Positions 8,694-20,252 of a DNA stretch of 64,000 nt are shown one piece after another. Source of the stretch: an uncultured Christensenella sp. (GTDB taxonomy: Bacteria; Bacillota; Clostridia; Christensenellales; UBA1750); assembly GCA_948468595.1 (NCBI GenBank), contig CAOKIU010000005.1, forward strand, positions 1,730-65,729. Direction: 5' to 3'. The notes beneath the pieces are model-generated. The model did no database searches, was not told the DNA's origin, and saw nothing but the letters and a program-made list of their open reading frames with translations. Every line of letters starts with the position of its first letter. Position 1 is the first letter of the stretch. The position numbers and the translations under genes were made by a program.

Positions 8694-9020
8694 TTACTTG
8701 CCCGCATTGAGCTGGCTGTCATGGATCGCGTCCAGCTTCCGGTTGCGGAAGTAGAGCGCCACATCAATGGAAATCTCAACAAAGTTCAGCACGTAGAAGA
8801 ACCAGCCGAGATAAAAGAGAAAGCCGCTGCCATTGCCGCTGGCAAAGAGAATGATCTTGCGGGCGATGCCGCAGACATAACCCACCAGCAAAAACACCTC
8901 GAAAAAGAGGCTCTTGCCCTTTGCGGTCCTGGAGATCCAGGACTTGCGGATGGAAATCGGCCAGGAGAGGCCGAAGCAGAGGATCATCAACGCTTCCAGC
9001 AATTCAGTCAGAAAGTCCAT
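8694..9020 (-). CDS. small 3-TM membrane protein, PQ-loop/SemiSWEET-like
   Basis: 108-aa hydrophobic ORF. WPISIRKSW...GKSL resembles a PQ-loop motif. The functional call is weak. Confidence 0.5.
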   Translation of the reverse strand: MDFLTELLEALMILCFGLSWPISIRKSWISRTAKGKSLFFEVFLLVGYVCGIARKIILFASGNGSGFLFYLGWFFYVLNFVEISIDVALYFRNRKLDAIHDSQLNAGK

Positions 9021-9036
9021 TTCGTTTCTCTCCTAC

Positions 9037-10635
9037 TTACTTATGTCTTCTATAATCGGGCAGCAGCTGGGGGGAGACGGTATCGGTTTCAACGCCCGCG
9101 GCCTTAAGCTCCTCCTTAAAGGCCTCCACGTGGGAAAGGGTGAGCTTTGCGGCCTTGACGCCCTGCGCCTTTGCGGCGGCGTTGCGGCCCGCGTTGCGGC
9201 CAAAGACGATGATATCCAGCAGGGAGTTGCCCATCAGCCGGTTTCTGCCGTGGATGCCGCCGACGGCCTCGCCCGCGACATAGAGGTTCTCCACGCCGCT
9301 CTGGCAATCGGCCGTGATGTCGATGCCGCCGTTCTGGTAGTGCAGGGTGGGGTAGATCAGGATCGGCTCCTTGCGGATGTCGATGCCGTACTTGCCGAAC
9401 ATGCGCATCATGGCGGGGATGCGCTTTTCAATGGTGCCCGCGCCGTTCTTCATCTCGATCATGGGCGTATCCAGCCACACGCCCACGCCGCCGGGGGTGG
9501 GAACGCCCTTGCCGCGCGTAGAGCACTCGCGGATGATGGAGGCCGCCGAAACGTCGCGCGTCTCCAGCGGGTGCATGAACGCCTCGCCGTCGCGGTTGAT
9601 GAGCATCGCGCCCACGGAGCGCACCTTCTCGGTGACCAGCGCGCCGAAGATCTGCTCGGGGAAGGCCGCGCCGGTGGGATGATACTGCAAGGTATCCGCG
9701 TAGAGGAGCTTCGCCCCCGCGCGGTAGGCCAGCACCAGTCCGTCGGCCGTGGCGCCATAGTGGTTGGAGGTGGGGAAGCCCTGGTAGTGCAGTCGCCCCG
9801 CGCCGCCGGTGGCCAGGATCACGGTCTTGGCCTTGGCCACGAGCAGCTCCTTGGTCTCCATGTTCATCAGCACCGCGCCCGCGGCCCGGCCGTTTTCGTC
9901 CTTGATGATCTCAATGGCGGCGGTGAAGTCCACCACGGGAATGCCGCGGCCCAGCACCTCGTCGCGCAGGGTGCGCATGATCTCCGCCCCGGAGTAGTCC
10001 TTGGCCGCGTGCATGCGCTTGCGGGAGGTACCGCCGCCGTGGGTGGTGATCATGGTGCCGTCCGCCGCCTTGTCAAACTCCACGCCCAGGTCGCTCAGCC
10101 ACTGAATCGCCTCGGGCGCCTCGGTCACCAGCGTGCGCAGCAGCTCCGGCTTGGCCGCGAAGTGCCCGCCGCCAAAGGCGTCTAGGTAGTGCTGGGCCGG
10201 GGAGTCGTTGGGCTTATCGGCGGCCTGAATGCCGCCCTCGGCCATCATGGTGTTGGCGTCGCCCATGCGCAGCTTGGTGACCACCATCACCTTGGCGCCC
10301 GCCTTGTCCGCCTCAATCGCCGCCGAGGCGCCCGCGCCGCCGCCGCCGATGATGAGCACGTCCACGTCGTAATCCGGGGCATTGAGGTCCACGTCCCCGG
10401 GCTGGACGCGGCTGTTGCCCTGGAGCAGAGCGCCCAGCTCCTTGGGCACCTTTTCGCCCTTGTTGGGGCCGACCGCAAGGTTGACAAACTCCGCGCCCTC
10501 CTTGTAGTCGGGATGGTAGGCGCGCAGCAGCGCGTCCTTTTCCTCGGCGGTCATTCTCCTGGGCTCGGTGGCGGCGTTCTCTTTGCGCCGCGCTTCCACC
10601 TTCTTGATGGATTCCAGCATTTCACTCGTGTACAT
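9037..10635 (-). CDS. fumarate reductase/succinate dehydrogenase-type flavoprotein (soluble FrdA-like)
   Basis: Start at MYTSEM (ATG 10635). FAD motif DVLIIGGGGAGASAA, HPTG active-site motif LQYHPTG, and a roughly 95-aa N-terminal extension. Confidence 0.85.
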   Translation of the reverse strand: MYTSEMLESIKKVEARRKENAATEPRRMTAEEKDALLRAYHPDYKEGAEFVNLAVGPNKGEKVPKELGALLQGNSRVQPGDVDLNAPDYDVDVLIIGGGGAGASAAIEADKAGAKVMVVTKLRMGDANTMMAEGGIQAADKPNDSPAQHYLDAFGGGHFAAKPELLRTLVTEAPEAIQWLSDLGVEFDKAADGTMITTHGGGTSRKRMHAAKDYSGAEIMRTLRDEVLGRGIPVVDFTAAIEIIKDENGRAAGAVLMNMETKELLVAKAKTVILATGGAGRLHYQGFPTSNHYGATADGLVLAYRAGAKLLYADTLQYHPTGAAFPEQIFGALVTEKVRSVGAMLINRDGEAFMHPLETRDVSAASIIRECSTRGKGVPTPGGVGVWLDTPMIEMKNGAGTIEKRIPAMMRMFGKYGIDIRKEPILIYPTLHYQNGGIDITADCQSGVENLYVAGEAVGGIHGRNRLMGNSLLDIIVFGRNAGRNAAAKAQGVKAAKLTLSHVEAFKEELKAAGVETDTVSPQLLPDYRRHK

Positions 10636-10651
10636 TTGCGCGCTTTCCTCC

Positions 10652-11326
10652 CTATTTTTCAATCTCGCGGTGGTTGTAAAGCTCTTTGATCTCCTCAATG
10701 GGCTTGCCCATCAGGTTCTCAAGCAGCTCGTTAAAGTCGCCGTTTTTGATCTCCTTGACGCGCTGGGCCAGGTGATCGCACTTGGGGGCCAGGTACTTGC
10801 CGTTTAGGCGCCTGGCCAGCATCGCCACCTGGGGATGGGAGATGCCCGCCGGGCACCGGGAGGAACACACGCCGCACATCACGCAGTCAAAGGACTCCTC
10901 GGCGCACTTTGCAAAGTCGCCGCGCTGGGCGTAGGCGATGTACTGCATGACGTTTAAGCCCTGGGTGCAGCTCTTGGTGCAGGCGTTGCAGCCGATGCAG
11001 GAATAGATCTCGGGGTAGAGCTGCATCATCACCGCCTGCTCGGGCTTGATGGCGTCCATGTCGTAGACCTGCTTAATCAGCGGGAAGAAGGGGAGGGTCG
11101 CCACGTACATGTTGTCCTCGACCTGGGTTTGGCAGGCCAGGCAGACCTTCAGCTCTCGGTCGCCCTTGACGCGGTAGATGGTCGCGCACGCGCCGCAAAA
11201 GCCGTTGCGGCAGCCGCAGCCGCGCACCAGCTGGTATCCCGCGTACTCCATGGCCTTCATAATGGTCAGGCTCGCGGGCACTTCGTATCGCTTTCCGAAC
11301 AGAAAAACATTGACCATGTTCTCCAT
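10652..11326 (-). CDS. FrdB/SdhB-like iron-sulfur subunit ([2Fe-2S] plus two [4Fe-4S]-type motifs)
   Basis: CGCRNGFCGACA, CIGCNACTKSC and CVMCGVCSSRCP. No membrane-anchor gene follows. Confidence 0.8.
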   Translation of the reverse strand: MENMVNVFLFGKRYEVPASLTIMKAMEYAGYQLVRGCGCRNGFCGACATIYRVKGDRELKVCLACQTQVEDNMYVATLPFFPLIKQVYDMDAIKPEQAVMMQLYPEIYSCIGCNACTKSCTQGLNVMQYIAYAQRGDFAKCAEESFDCVMCGVCSSRCPAGISHPQVAMLARRLNGKYLAPKCDHLAQRVKEIKNGDFNELLENLMGKPIEEIKELYNHREIEK

Positions 11327-11344
11327 GTGCTTTCTCTCTCCTTC

Positions 11345-12172
11345 TCAATACTCGCTGGGCAGCTGGCTCAGCTCGTCAAAGCGGAACACCGGCCCGTCCT
11401 TGCAGACGTACTTGTTGCCGATGTTGCATCTGCCGCACTTGCCCACGCCGCACTTCATGCGCAGCTCCATGGTGGTGTAGACCTGCGTTTCGGCAAAGCC
11501 CAGCTCCTTTAAGCCCTGTAGGGTGAACTTGATCATGATGGGCGGACCGCACAGGATCACCGTATAATCCTTGGCGGGGGCCAGCTCCTTGACGTAATTG
11601 GGCACAAAGCCCACGTGGCCGTCCCAATCGTCCTGCGGCCGGTCAATGGTCAGGTATACCTCCACGCCCTCGTCCTTCATCCACTCGGAGAGGATCTCGT
11701 CATAGTCCAGCAGGTCCTCCTTGGACCGGGAACCGTAGACGATCATGATGCGGCCGTAGTTCTCGCGCTTGGCGCGCACGTAGTTGATGACCGAGCGCAC
11801 CGGCGCCAGGCCCACGCCGCCGGCCACAAAGAGCAGGTCCTTGCCCCTGAACTCTTCCTCCACCGGGAAGTGCTTGCCGTAGGGCCCGCGGATGGTGATC
11901 TGCTGCCCCACGTCCATCTGGTGCAGCCAGTCGGTCAGACAGCCGCACTTTTTGATGCTGAACTCCATGTACTCCGTGTTGGTCGGGGAGGAGGTGATGG
12001 AGAACATCGCCTCGCCCACGCCCGGAATGGAGAGCATGGCGCACTGGCCGGGCATGTGGTCAAAGACCTTCTTGCCGTCCAGCCCCACCACGCGGAAGGT
12101 CTTGATGTCCGGGGTGTCGATGCGGATGTCCGTCACAACGCCCAGCTTGGGAATCAGCGTCTCCTGCGTCAT
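11345..12172 (-). CDS. FAD/NAD(P)-binding oxidoreductase with C-terminal [2Fe-2S] (FlxA/HydG/PyrK-like)
   Basis: FNR-like fold motifs LLFVAGGVGLAP and a C-terminal CGVGKCGRC. Confidence 0.8.
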   Translation of the reverse strand: MTQETLIPKLGVVTDIRIDTPDIKTFRVVGLDGKKVFDHMPGQCAMLSIPGVGEAMFSITSSPTNTEYMEFSIKKCGCLTDWLHQMDVGQQITIRGPYGKHFPVEEEFRGKDLLFVAGGVGLAPVRSVINYVRAKRENYGRIMIVYGSRSKEDLLDYDEILSEWMKDEGVEVYLTIDRPQDDWDGHVGFVPNYVKELAPAKDYTVILCGPPIMIKFTLQGLKELGFAETQVYTTMELRMKCGVGKCGRCNIGNKYVCKDGPVFRFDELSQLPSEY

Positions 12173-12173
12173 G

Positions 12174-13199
12174 CTATCTCACCTCTTTCGAAAGTTCTTT
12201 GGCCACTTTTACGATATTCATGGAGATGGGGCACTTGGAAAGGCATCTGCCGCAGCCCACGCAGCCGTACTGCCCGTCGTTGTTGGCGGGGAAGTAGACC
12301 AGCTTGTGCATGAACCGCTGGCGGAAGCGCTCCACCTGCGTAAGCCGCGGGTTGCCGTGCGCCATCTTGGTAAAATCGGAGTACATGCAGCTGTCCCAGC
12401 AGCGGAAGCGCCTGACCCCGTCGCCCGTGTCGAAATCGCGGATGTCGTAGCACTGGCAGGTGGGGCAGACAAAGGTGCAGGTGCCGCACCCCAGGCACGC
12501 CTGGGAGAGCTCCGCCCACTTTTCGGAGTCAAAGAGCGGGTTGAGGTGTTCCCCGTCAAAGCCCTCAAGGTTCAAGCCCGCCAGGGGCGTTTTCGCCATG
12601 ACGCGGCGCGTCTCCTCCTGCTGGCGCTGGACCGCGTCCTCCCCGCCGTCCTCCGCAAGCGCGCGGACGCTCTCCAGGAACTTATCGCCCTTTTGCGTGC
12701 GGGCGCTCAGGTAGAGGTATTCTTCGTCCATCCATACCTGCGCGTCGCCCTCGGGCGCGGCGGCGTCGATGCCAAAGGCGGAGCAGAAGCACGTCTCCTC
12801 CGGCTGGGTGCAGGCTAGGGTCACCACCGTGCCGTGCTCCCGCCGGGATTGATAGTAGGTGTCCACGGGATCGGCCAGAAACACCTTGTCCAGAATCTCG
12901 AAGCTGCGCGCGTCGCAGGCGCGCACGCCAAAGAGCACAAAGTCCTCCTGTTCGCTCCTGGGGTCGATGATCTCAATCTGCTTGCCCTTGACCTTAAAGT
13001 CCACCAGGTTCTCCGTCTGGGGGAAGAAGAAATCCTTGGCGCTGCGCACGGTGTTGAGCGCGCGGGCCATCTCCAGCCCCTCGTGCCAGCGGGTAAAGCG
13101 CGCCTGGCCGGATGCGTCCAGGGCGGGGATGTACAAGGGCTTATCGCGCCCCACGGCGGCAAGCAGCGCGCCGAGCTTTTCCTTGGCGATCTTTCTCAT
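12174..13199 (-). CDS. 4Fe-4S dicluster protein (FlxB/HydB/AsrA-like)
   Basis: Start MRKIAKEK at 13199, overlapping the upstream stop (ATGA). Motifs CLGCGTCTFVCPTC and CVGCGRCLSKCP. Confidence 0.8.
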   Translation of the reverse strand: MRKIAKEKLGALLAAVGRDKPLYIPALDASGQARFTRWHEGLEMARALNTVRSAKDFFFPQTENLVDFKVKGKQIEIIDPRSEQEDFVLFGVRACDARSFEILDKVFLADPVDTYYQSRREHGTVVTLACTQPEETCFCSAFGIDAAAPEGDAQVWMDEEYLYLSARTQKGDKFLESVRALAEDGGEDAVQRQQEETRRVMAKTPLAGLNLEGFDGEHLNPLFDSEKWAELSQACLGCGTCTFVCPTCQCYDIRDFDTGDGVRRFRCWDSCMYSDFTKMAHGNPRLTQVERFRQRFMHKLVYFPANNDGQYGCVGCGRCLSKCPISMNIVKVAKELSKEVR

Positions 13200-14170
13200 G
13201 CCTTCTTCCCTCCCTTGGTCACGATGCTGGGCTCCGCGTCGCCCTCGGTAAAGTTGGTCAGCGGCGCGCGGCTGACGGTGTCCTCGCCCGCCTGGTAGTC
13301 GCCGTAGAGGGTGTTGATGTCCTTGATGAACTTGCGGTTGAGCAGGTGCAGCGGGATGTTCTGCGGGCAGACCCTGGAGCACTCGCCACAGTCGGTGCAG
13401 CGCCCCGCCACGTGGAAGGCGCGGATGATGTGGAACATGTTCTCCTCAAAGCTGTCGGCAGCCGCCTTCTGCGCCACGCCGGAGGCATCGTTGTCAAAGA
13501 CGCACTTTTCGCACGAGCACGCGGGGCAGACGTTGCGGCAGGCGTTGCAGCGGATGCAGCGGGAGAGCTCGCCGCGCCAGAAGGCGAAGCGCTCCTCCGG
13601 GTCCATGGCCTCCAGCTTGTTGACCAGGTCAAAGCGGCCGCTGTCCAGCTTATCGCCCTCCTGACCCAGCAGTTCGTCATAGACCACGTGCTTTTTGCTC
13701 TTGCAGCTTAGGCACCGCTCGGGCAGGGCGTCCTTTTTCGCCATCGTCCGATCGCCGTAGAGGGTGTTGATGACGAAATCCTCCCCCTCGGTCTTGATGC
13801 CCAGGATGCCCTTGACGCCCTTTGCTTTGAGCGTCTCGCCGTCGGTCATGCCCTGGCAGGGCACGCCCACGACCAGAACGTTTTCCCGCACAATGCGGTG
13901 CTCCTTTATGAGCTGGTTGAAGGAATAGGTGTCGCAGGGCTTTAGGAAGGCCAGCACCTTGCCGCCCTTGCGCGACTCCTTAATCAGGTACTTGGAGAGG
14001 TTGTTGCCGCAAAAATCGTTGTAGACAAAGCCCGCTTCCAGCTCCTGTGCGCTGGCAAAGACGCAAGGGGTGATGTCGTAGGCGAATTCGCCCGCTTTCC
14101 AGCCGAGAACCCGATCGACGGCGCCGCTTTGCAAAAGCTCCTTGGCCTTTTCAAGCATTACTTCTTGCAT
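13196..14170 (-). CDS. FrhB-like/4Fe-4S protein (FlxC-like)
   Basis: Start MQEVMLEK at 14170. Motifs CIRCNACRNVCPAC and CTDCGECSRVCP. Confidence 0.75.
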   Translation of the reverse strand: MQEVMLEKAKELLQSGAVDRVLGWKAGEFAYDITPCVFASAQELEAGFVYNDFCGNNLSKYLIKESRKGGKVLAFLKPCDTYSFNQLIKEHRIVRENVLVVGVPCQGMTDGETLKAKGVKGILGIKTEGEDFVINTLYGDRTMAKKDALPERCLSCKSKKHVVYDELLGQEGDKLDSGRFDLVNKLEAMDPEERFAFWRGELSRCIRCNACRNVCPACSCEKCVFDNDASGVAQKAAADSFEENMFHIIRAFHVAGRCTDCGECSRVCPQNIPLHLLNRKFIKDINTLYGDYQAGEDTVSRAPLTNFTEGDAEPSIVTKGGKKA

Positions 14171-14595
14171 CTCAGATCCTCCAATCTCTTGTTCGGGCCC
14201 AGCTGGCGCACCGTCTCCACAAACTCGTTCATGGTGGCGGCGAACTTGGCGCCCTCGGCGGCGGAGACCCACTCCACGCGCGTGCGCTCCTTCTCAATGC
14301 CAAGGTAATCCAGCATCGAGAACAGCAGCGTCATGCGGCGGCGGGCGTAGTAGTTGCCGGTGGAATAGTGGCAGTCGCCCGGATGGCAGCCGCAAAGGAT
14401 CACGCCGTCCGCGCCGCGCTGGAACGCCCGCAGGATGAACATCGGGTTGACGCGGCAGGAGCAGGGCACCCGGATGATCTTGACATCCGCGGGGTAATTC
14501 AGGCGGTTGGTGCCCGCCAGGTCCGCGCCCGCGTAGGAGCACCAGTTGCAGCAAAAGGCAACGATTTTGGGCCGAAAGGTCTTTACATCTTGCAT
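14158..14595 (-). CDS. mvhD: MvhD/FlxD-like protein (methyl-viologen-reducing hydrogenase delta subunit family)
   Basis: Start MQDVKTFRPKIVAFCCNWCSYAGADLAG at 14595; this is the canonical MvhD N-terminus. Confidence 0.85.
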   Translation of the reverse strand: MQDVKTFRPKIVAFCCNWCSYAGADLAGTNRLNYPADVKIIRVPCSCRVNPMFILRAFQRGADGVILCGCHPGDCHYSTGNYYARRRMTLLFSMLDYLGIEKERTRVEWVSAAEGAKFAATMNEFVETVRQLGPNKRLEDLRCKK

Positions 14596-16580
14596 ATCGC
14601 GTCCACCTCCGCCATGATCTGGCTGTTCGAGAAGCCCTTTAAGTCCATCGCGCCCGAGGGGCAGGCCACCGTGCACGCGCCGCAGCCCTGGCAAACCGCC
14701 TCGTTTACCGACGCTACGCGCCGGATGGCCGTGGTGCGGTCGGGCATGCGGAACTCCTTGTCCTCATAGGTGATCGCGCCGTAGGGGCACACCTTTTCAC
14801 AGGAGGAGCAGCCGTTGCACATCAGTTGGTCCGCGTGCGCCACGCAGGGGTTGCAGGTGAGCTGATCCTTGCACAGCAGGCCGATGACCTTGGACGCGGC
14901 CGCGCCGGCCTGGGCCACGGTATCGGGAATGTCCTTGGGGCCCTGGCACGCGCCCGAAAGGAAGATGCCCGCCGTGGGGCTCTCCACGGGGCGGAGCTTT
15001 GCGTGGGCCTCGGTAAAGAAGTCGTTGGTATCCATGGATGCGGTCAGCATCGTGGCCAGGGGGCGCGCGGACTTGTCCGGCTCGATGGCCGCGGCCAGCA
15101 CCACCATGTCCGCCTCAATGTGCATCTGCTCGCCGGCCAGCAGGTCGCTGGCTTGCACCATCAGCTTTCCGTCGGAGCGGGGCGTGACCTTGCCCACCAT
15201 GCCCTTGACGTAGTGCACGCCGTAGTCCTCCACCGCGCGGCGGTAGAACTCGTCGTAGTTCTTGCCCGGGGACCGAACGTCAATGTAGAAGACGTAGACC
15301 TCGGTATCGGGGTACTTTTCGCGGGTGAGCATGGCGTGCTTTGCGGTGTACATACAGCAGATCTTGGAGCAATAGCTCTTTCCCTTGCCCTCCTGCGAAC
15401 ACCGCGACCCCACGCACTGGACAAAGACCAGGGTGTGCGGGTGCTTGCCGTCGGAGGGGCGCAGCAGCGTGCCGCCCGTGGGGCCCGCCGCGTTGGTCAG
15501 CCGCTCAAACTCCAGGGAGGAGACCACGTCCGGGCTCTGGGAATAGGCAAACTCGTCGTACTGATCGAGCTTGATGGGGTTGTAGCCCGTGGCCACCACA
15601 ATGGCGCCGTACTCCCGCTCGATCGTCTCGTCCTTCTGCTTGTAGTCAATCGCCCCCGCCGAGCATACCTTGGCGCACAGGCCGCACTTGCCGTTTTTGA
15701 GCATGTTGCAGTGGTCGGGATCGATGGTGGCCACCTTGGGCACGGCCTGGGCAAAGGGGATGTAGATGGCGCGGCGGTTGTCCAGCCCGAGGTTGAACTC
15801 GTTGGGGATCTTCTTCATGGGGCACTTTTCGGTGCACTCGCCGCACCCGGTGCACTTGGTCGTGTCCACATAGCGCGCCTTTTTGTTGATCTTGACGTGG
15901 AAGTTGCCCACAAAGCCCTTGACTTCCTCAACCTCGGAATAGGCAAAGATGTTGATCTTCTCATTCTGCGCGCAGTCCACCATCTTGGGGGTGAGGATGC
16001 AGGCGGCGCAGTCCAGGGTGGGGAAGGTCTTGTCAATCTGGGTCATCTTGCCGCCGATGGTGGGCTGCTTTTCCACGATATCCACCTCGAACCCGGCGTC
16101 GGCGATGTCCAGGGCCGTCTGGATGCCCGCGATGCCGCCGCCGATGACCAGCGCGCGCTTGGTCACGGGGCTCTGCCCCGCGGTCAGCGGCGCGTTGAGA
16201 TGCACCTTGGCAATGGCGGCGCGGCCCAGGATGATGGCCTTTTCGGTGGCCGCGGCCTTGTCCTTGTGAATCCAGGAGCATTGCTCGCGGATGTTGGCGA
16301 TCTCCACCATGTAGGGGTTCAGGCCCGTGGAGGCGACCGCCTTGCGGAAGGTCATCTCGTGCATGCGCGGCGAGCAGGAGCAGATCACAACGCCGGTGAG
16401 CTTGTGCTCGCGCACCGCGTCCTTGATCAGGTTCTGGCCCGCCTCGGAGCACATGTATTGATAGTTGGTGGAGAAGACGACGCCAGGCTCGTGAGAAAGG
16501 GCCTCGGAGACCGCGCTTACGTCCACGGTGGCGGCGATATTGCTGCCGCACCAACATACGAATACGCCAATTCTTTGCAT
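14583..16580 (-). CDS. hdrA: heterodisulfide reductase subunit A-like flavo-iron-sulfur protein
   Basis: 665 aa. MQRIGVFVCWCGSNIA, FAD motif ALVIGGGIAGIQTA, and several CxxCxxCxxxCP motifs. Confidence 0.9.
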   Translation of the reverse strand: MQRIGVFVCWCGSNIAATVDVSAVSEALSHEPGVVFSTNYQYMCSEAGQNLIKDAVREHKLTGVVICSCSPRMHEMTFRKAVASTGLNPYMVEIANIREQCSWIHKDKAAATEKAIILGRAAIAKVHLNAPLTAGQSPVTKRALVIGGGIAGIQTALDIADAGFEVDIVEKQPTIGGKMTQIDKTFPTLDCAACILTPKMVDCAQNEKINIFAYSEVEEVKGFVGNFHVKINKKARYVDTTKCTGCGECTEKCPMKKIPNEFNLGLDNRRAIYIPFAQAVPKVATIDPDHCNMLKNGKCGLCAKVCSAGAIDYKQKDETIEREYGAIVVATGYNPIKLDQYDEFAYSQSPDVVSSLEFERLTNAAGPTGGTLLRPSDGKHPHTLVFVQCVGSRCSQEGKGKSYCSKICCMYTAKHAMLTREKYPDTEVYVFYIDVRSPGKNYDEFYRRAVEDYGVHYVKGMVGKVTPRSDGKLMVQASDLLAGEQMHIEADMVVLAAAIEPDKSARPLATMLTASMDTNDFFTEAHAKLRPVESPTAGIFLSGACQGPKDIPDTVAQAGAAASKVIGLLCKDQLTCNPCVAHADQLMCNGCSSCEKVCPYGAITYEDKEFRMPDRTTAIRRVASVNEAVCQGCGACTVACPSGAMDLKGFSNSQIMAEVDAICKM

Positions 16581-16593
16581 CTTCTCTCCTCCT

Positions 16594-16977
16594 TTACTTG
16601 CTGTATTTGCGCATCGCGGTCACAATCGCCTGCTGGGGCAGGTCCTCGTCCAGCAGCGCGGGGATATCGTCGGGGGTGAGGTGATTTGCGCCCTGCCGGC
16701 GAATGACTTGCAGCCGCACGGCCTCCACCACCTTTGCCGGCTCCACGCCCCTGGGGCAGCGCTCCACGCAGGCATAGCAGGAGAGGCACTTGTAGATGGA
16801 CTTGGACGCCATCAGCTTTTCAATGTCGCCCTTTTCCACCATGTAGACGAATTGATGCGGATGGTACTCCATCTCGTCATAGGAGGGGCAGGTCGCGCTG
16901 CACTTGCCGCAGCGCATGCATTTGAGCACGTTTACGCCGCTGGTATGCAGGATCTGCTCCTTGTCAAACTTGTTCAT
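16594..16977 (-). CDS. hdrC: HdrC-like 4Fe-4S dicluster subunit
   Basis: CMRCGKCSATCP and CLSCYACVERCP; position between hdrB and hdrA. Confidence 0.85.
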   Translation of the reverse strand: MNKFDKEQILHTSGVNVLKCMRCGKCSATCPSYDEMEYHPHQFVYMVEKGDIEKLMASKSIYKCLSCYACVERCPRGVEPAKVVEAVRLQVIRRQGANHLTPDDIPALLDEDLPQQAIVTAMRKYSK

Positions 16978-16993
16978 TTTGTCTCTCCTTCCG

Positions 16994-17782
16994 TCAATCC
17001 TTGACGCCGAGGGCCTCGGCCAGCAGCTCGGTAAAGTAGAGAACCGGCAGCCGCCCCTCCTTGAGGGTGTTCTTCTTTAAGTTGTAAAGGCACAGGGGAC
17101 AGGCCGTTACGATGGCCTCGGCGCCCATGTCGCGGGCGTTGTCCATCACCCTTTCGCTCTTTTGGGCCGCCAGGCCGCGGTCCTCCATCACCGCGTAGCC
17201 GCCGCAGCACTCGTTGCGCATGGCCCACGTCACCGGCTGGGCGCCGATGGCGCGCAGGAAATCCTCCATGATGCGGGGATTTTCCGGGTTGTCCATGCCC
17301 ATGACCTTGCTGGGCCGAAGCAGCAGGCAGCCGTAATAGGCGGCGATCTTCCGGCCCGTCAGGGGCTTTACGACCGCCTTTTTGAGGGCCTCAAAGCCCA
17401 CCCTGTCGCGCAGCAGCTCCAAATAGTGGATCACCTGCGTCTCGCCCCTGTAGGGGGCGGCCAGCTGCATGTAGTTGTTGGCGCGCAGCGAAAAATCCGC
17501 GTCGTTGGCCATGGCGTCGTTGGCCTGCTTGAGCACGTTGTGGCAGGCCGAGCAGAGGGTGACCAAATCGCGCCCCTGCTCCTTGGCGGCGTTTAATGCC
17601 CGGACGGAGGCCAGCTTGCTGGCGATTTCGTCCCTTCCCATGGAAAAGGCGCCGCCGCAGCACTGCCACTCCTCCAGCTCTTCCAGCGCAACGCCCAGCT
17701 TCTCGGCCGAAAGGCGCGCATACCGGTCCAGGTCCTGCGCCTTGTTCTTGAGCGTGCAGCCGGGGTAGTAACTAAAGATCAT
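16994..17782 (-). CDS. hdrB: HdrB-like CCG-domain subunit
   Basis: Two CCG motifs (WQCCGG, ECCGG) and CSAC/CPLC pairs. Confidence 0.85.
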   Translation of the reverse strand: MIFSYYPGCTLKNKAQDLDRYARLSAEKLGVALEELEEWQCCGGAFSMGRDEIASKLASVRALNAAKEQGRDLVTLCSACHNVLKQANDAMANDADFSLRANNYMQLAAPYRGETQVIHYLELLRDRVGFEALKKAVVKPLTGRKIAAYYGCLLLRPSKVMGMDNPENPRIMEDFLRAIGAQPVTWAMRNECCGGYAVMEDRGLAAQKSERVMDNARDMGAEAIVTACPLCLYNLKKNTLKEGRLPVLYFTELLAEALGVKD

Positions 17783-17808
17783 ATCCGTTCCCTTCCCTTT
17801 TTCATCAC

Positions 17809-19185
<1,377 letters not shown>

Positions 19186-19247
19186 AGCGTTTTATCACTC
19201 TTTCCTTCCATAAAATCCCTTCGCAGCCCCGGCCGGGGCGCGCGGCG

Positions 19248-20195
19248 TCAGATTTCGATGCTGCCAATGACCGCCTTGAGGCTGTCGGCGCTCTTGTGCA
19301 GCAGCGCGGTCTCCTCCGGGGTCAGGGGCGCCACGATCTTGCCCGCCAGGCCGCCCGCGCCCACGATGGACAGGGTGCTCAGGCACACGTCCTCAATGCC
19401 GTACTCGCCGTGCATCATGCTGGAGACCGTCATGGCCGTATCCGCGCCGGAGAAGACGCATTTGCAGATGTGGCAGACGGAGACCGCCACCGCGTAGAAG
19501 GTCGCGCCCTTGCGCTCGATGATCTTGCCGCCCGACTTGCGGATGTAGCTCTCCACCTCTTCATGCACGAGCTTGGGCTCCACAATCTCGGAGCTGGTCA
19601 GGCACTCGGCGTACTTGTCGATGGCGATGTTGGAGATGGTTCCCATGGACCAGGGCACAAAGGAGGTATCGCCGTGCTCGCCAAAGACGTAGGCATGCAC
19701 GTTCTGCTGGTTGATGTTGTAATACTCCGCCAGGCGCGCGCGAAGTCTTGCGGTGTCCAGGATGGTGCCCGAGCCGATGATCTGCTTTTCCGGCAGGCCG
19801 GAGACCTTGTTAAAGACATAGGTGAGGATATCCACGGGGTTGCTGACGATGATGTAAACGGCGTTGGGCGCGTATTTTACGATCTGGGGCACGATGGACT
19901 TGGTGATGTTGACGTTGACCTGCGCAAGCTCCAAGCGGGTCTGGCCGGGCTTCCTGGCAAGGCCGGAGGTGAGGATGACGATATCGGAGTTCTGCGCATC
20001 CTGATAGCTGCCGGCGTAGATGGAGACCGGGGGGCAGAAGGGAACGCCCTGGCGGATGTCCAGCGCCTCGCCCATGGCCTTGCCCTCGTTGATGTCGATC
20101 ATGACGATTTCCGTGGCGATGCCGCCCACGGCCATGGTGTAGGCGATGGTGGAACCCACGCTGCCCGCTCCAATGATGGTAACCTTTTTGCCCAT
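19248..20195 (-). CDS. mdh: LDH-type malate dehydrogenase
   Basis: Rossmann motif IIGAGSVG. The substrate-loop sequence GLARKPGQTR has Arg where L-LDHs carry Gln, which favours malate. Confidence 0.75.
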   Translation of the reverse strand: MGKKVTIIGAGSVGSTIAYTMAVGGIATEIVMIDINEGKAMGEALDIRQGVPFCPPVSIYAGSYQDAQNSDIVILTSGLARKPGQTRLELAQVNVNITKSIVPQIVKYAPNAVYIIVSNPVDILTYVFNKVSGLPEKQIIGSGTILDTARLRARLAEYYNINQQNVHAYVFGEHGDTSFVPWSMGTISNIAIDKYAECLTSSEIVEPKLVHEEVESYIRKSGGKIIERKGATFYAVAVSVCHICKCVFSGADTAMTVSSMMHGEYGIEDVCLSTLSIVGAGGLAGKIVAPLTPEETALLHKSADSLKAVIGSIEI

Positions 20196-20252
20196 AAGTG
20201 TTTCCTCCCTATTTCTTTGCGGCTCTTTAGGCCGCTTTTTTGTCTTAGAACT

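Noticed and set aside
14158-16580. Selenocysteine (TGA) recoding in hdrA or mvhD, as occurs in some organisms.
   Set aside because: Both frames are uninterrupted, with Cys codons at the relevant positions. No in-frame TGA or SECIS-like hairpin was seen.
14826-16679. Very long ORFs antisense to real genes. Examples: 617 aa opposite hdrA; 26632..28371 (579 aa) opposite oppA; 21323..22843 (506 aa) opposite the prolidase; 8914..10185, 29071..30462, 55383..56678 and 36230..37450.
   Set aside because: These are shadow ORFs, as expected in high-GC DNA. Their composition is Arg/Gly/Ala/His-rich and low in complexity, they have no SD sites, and the opposite strand carries proteins with clear family motifs.
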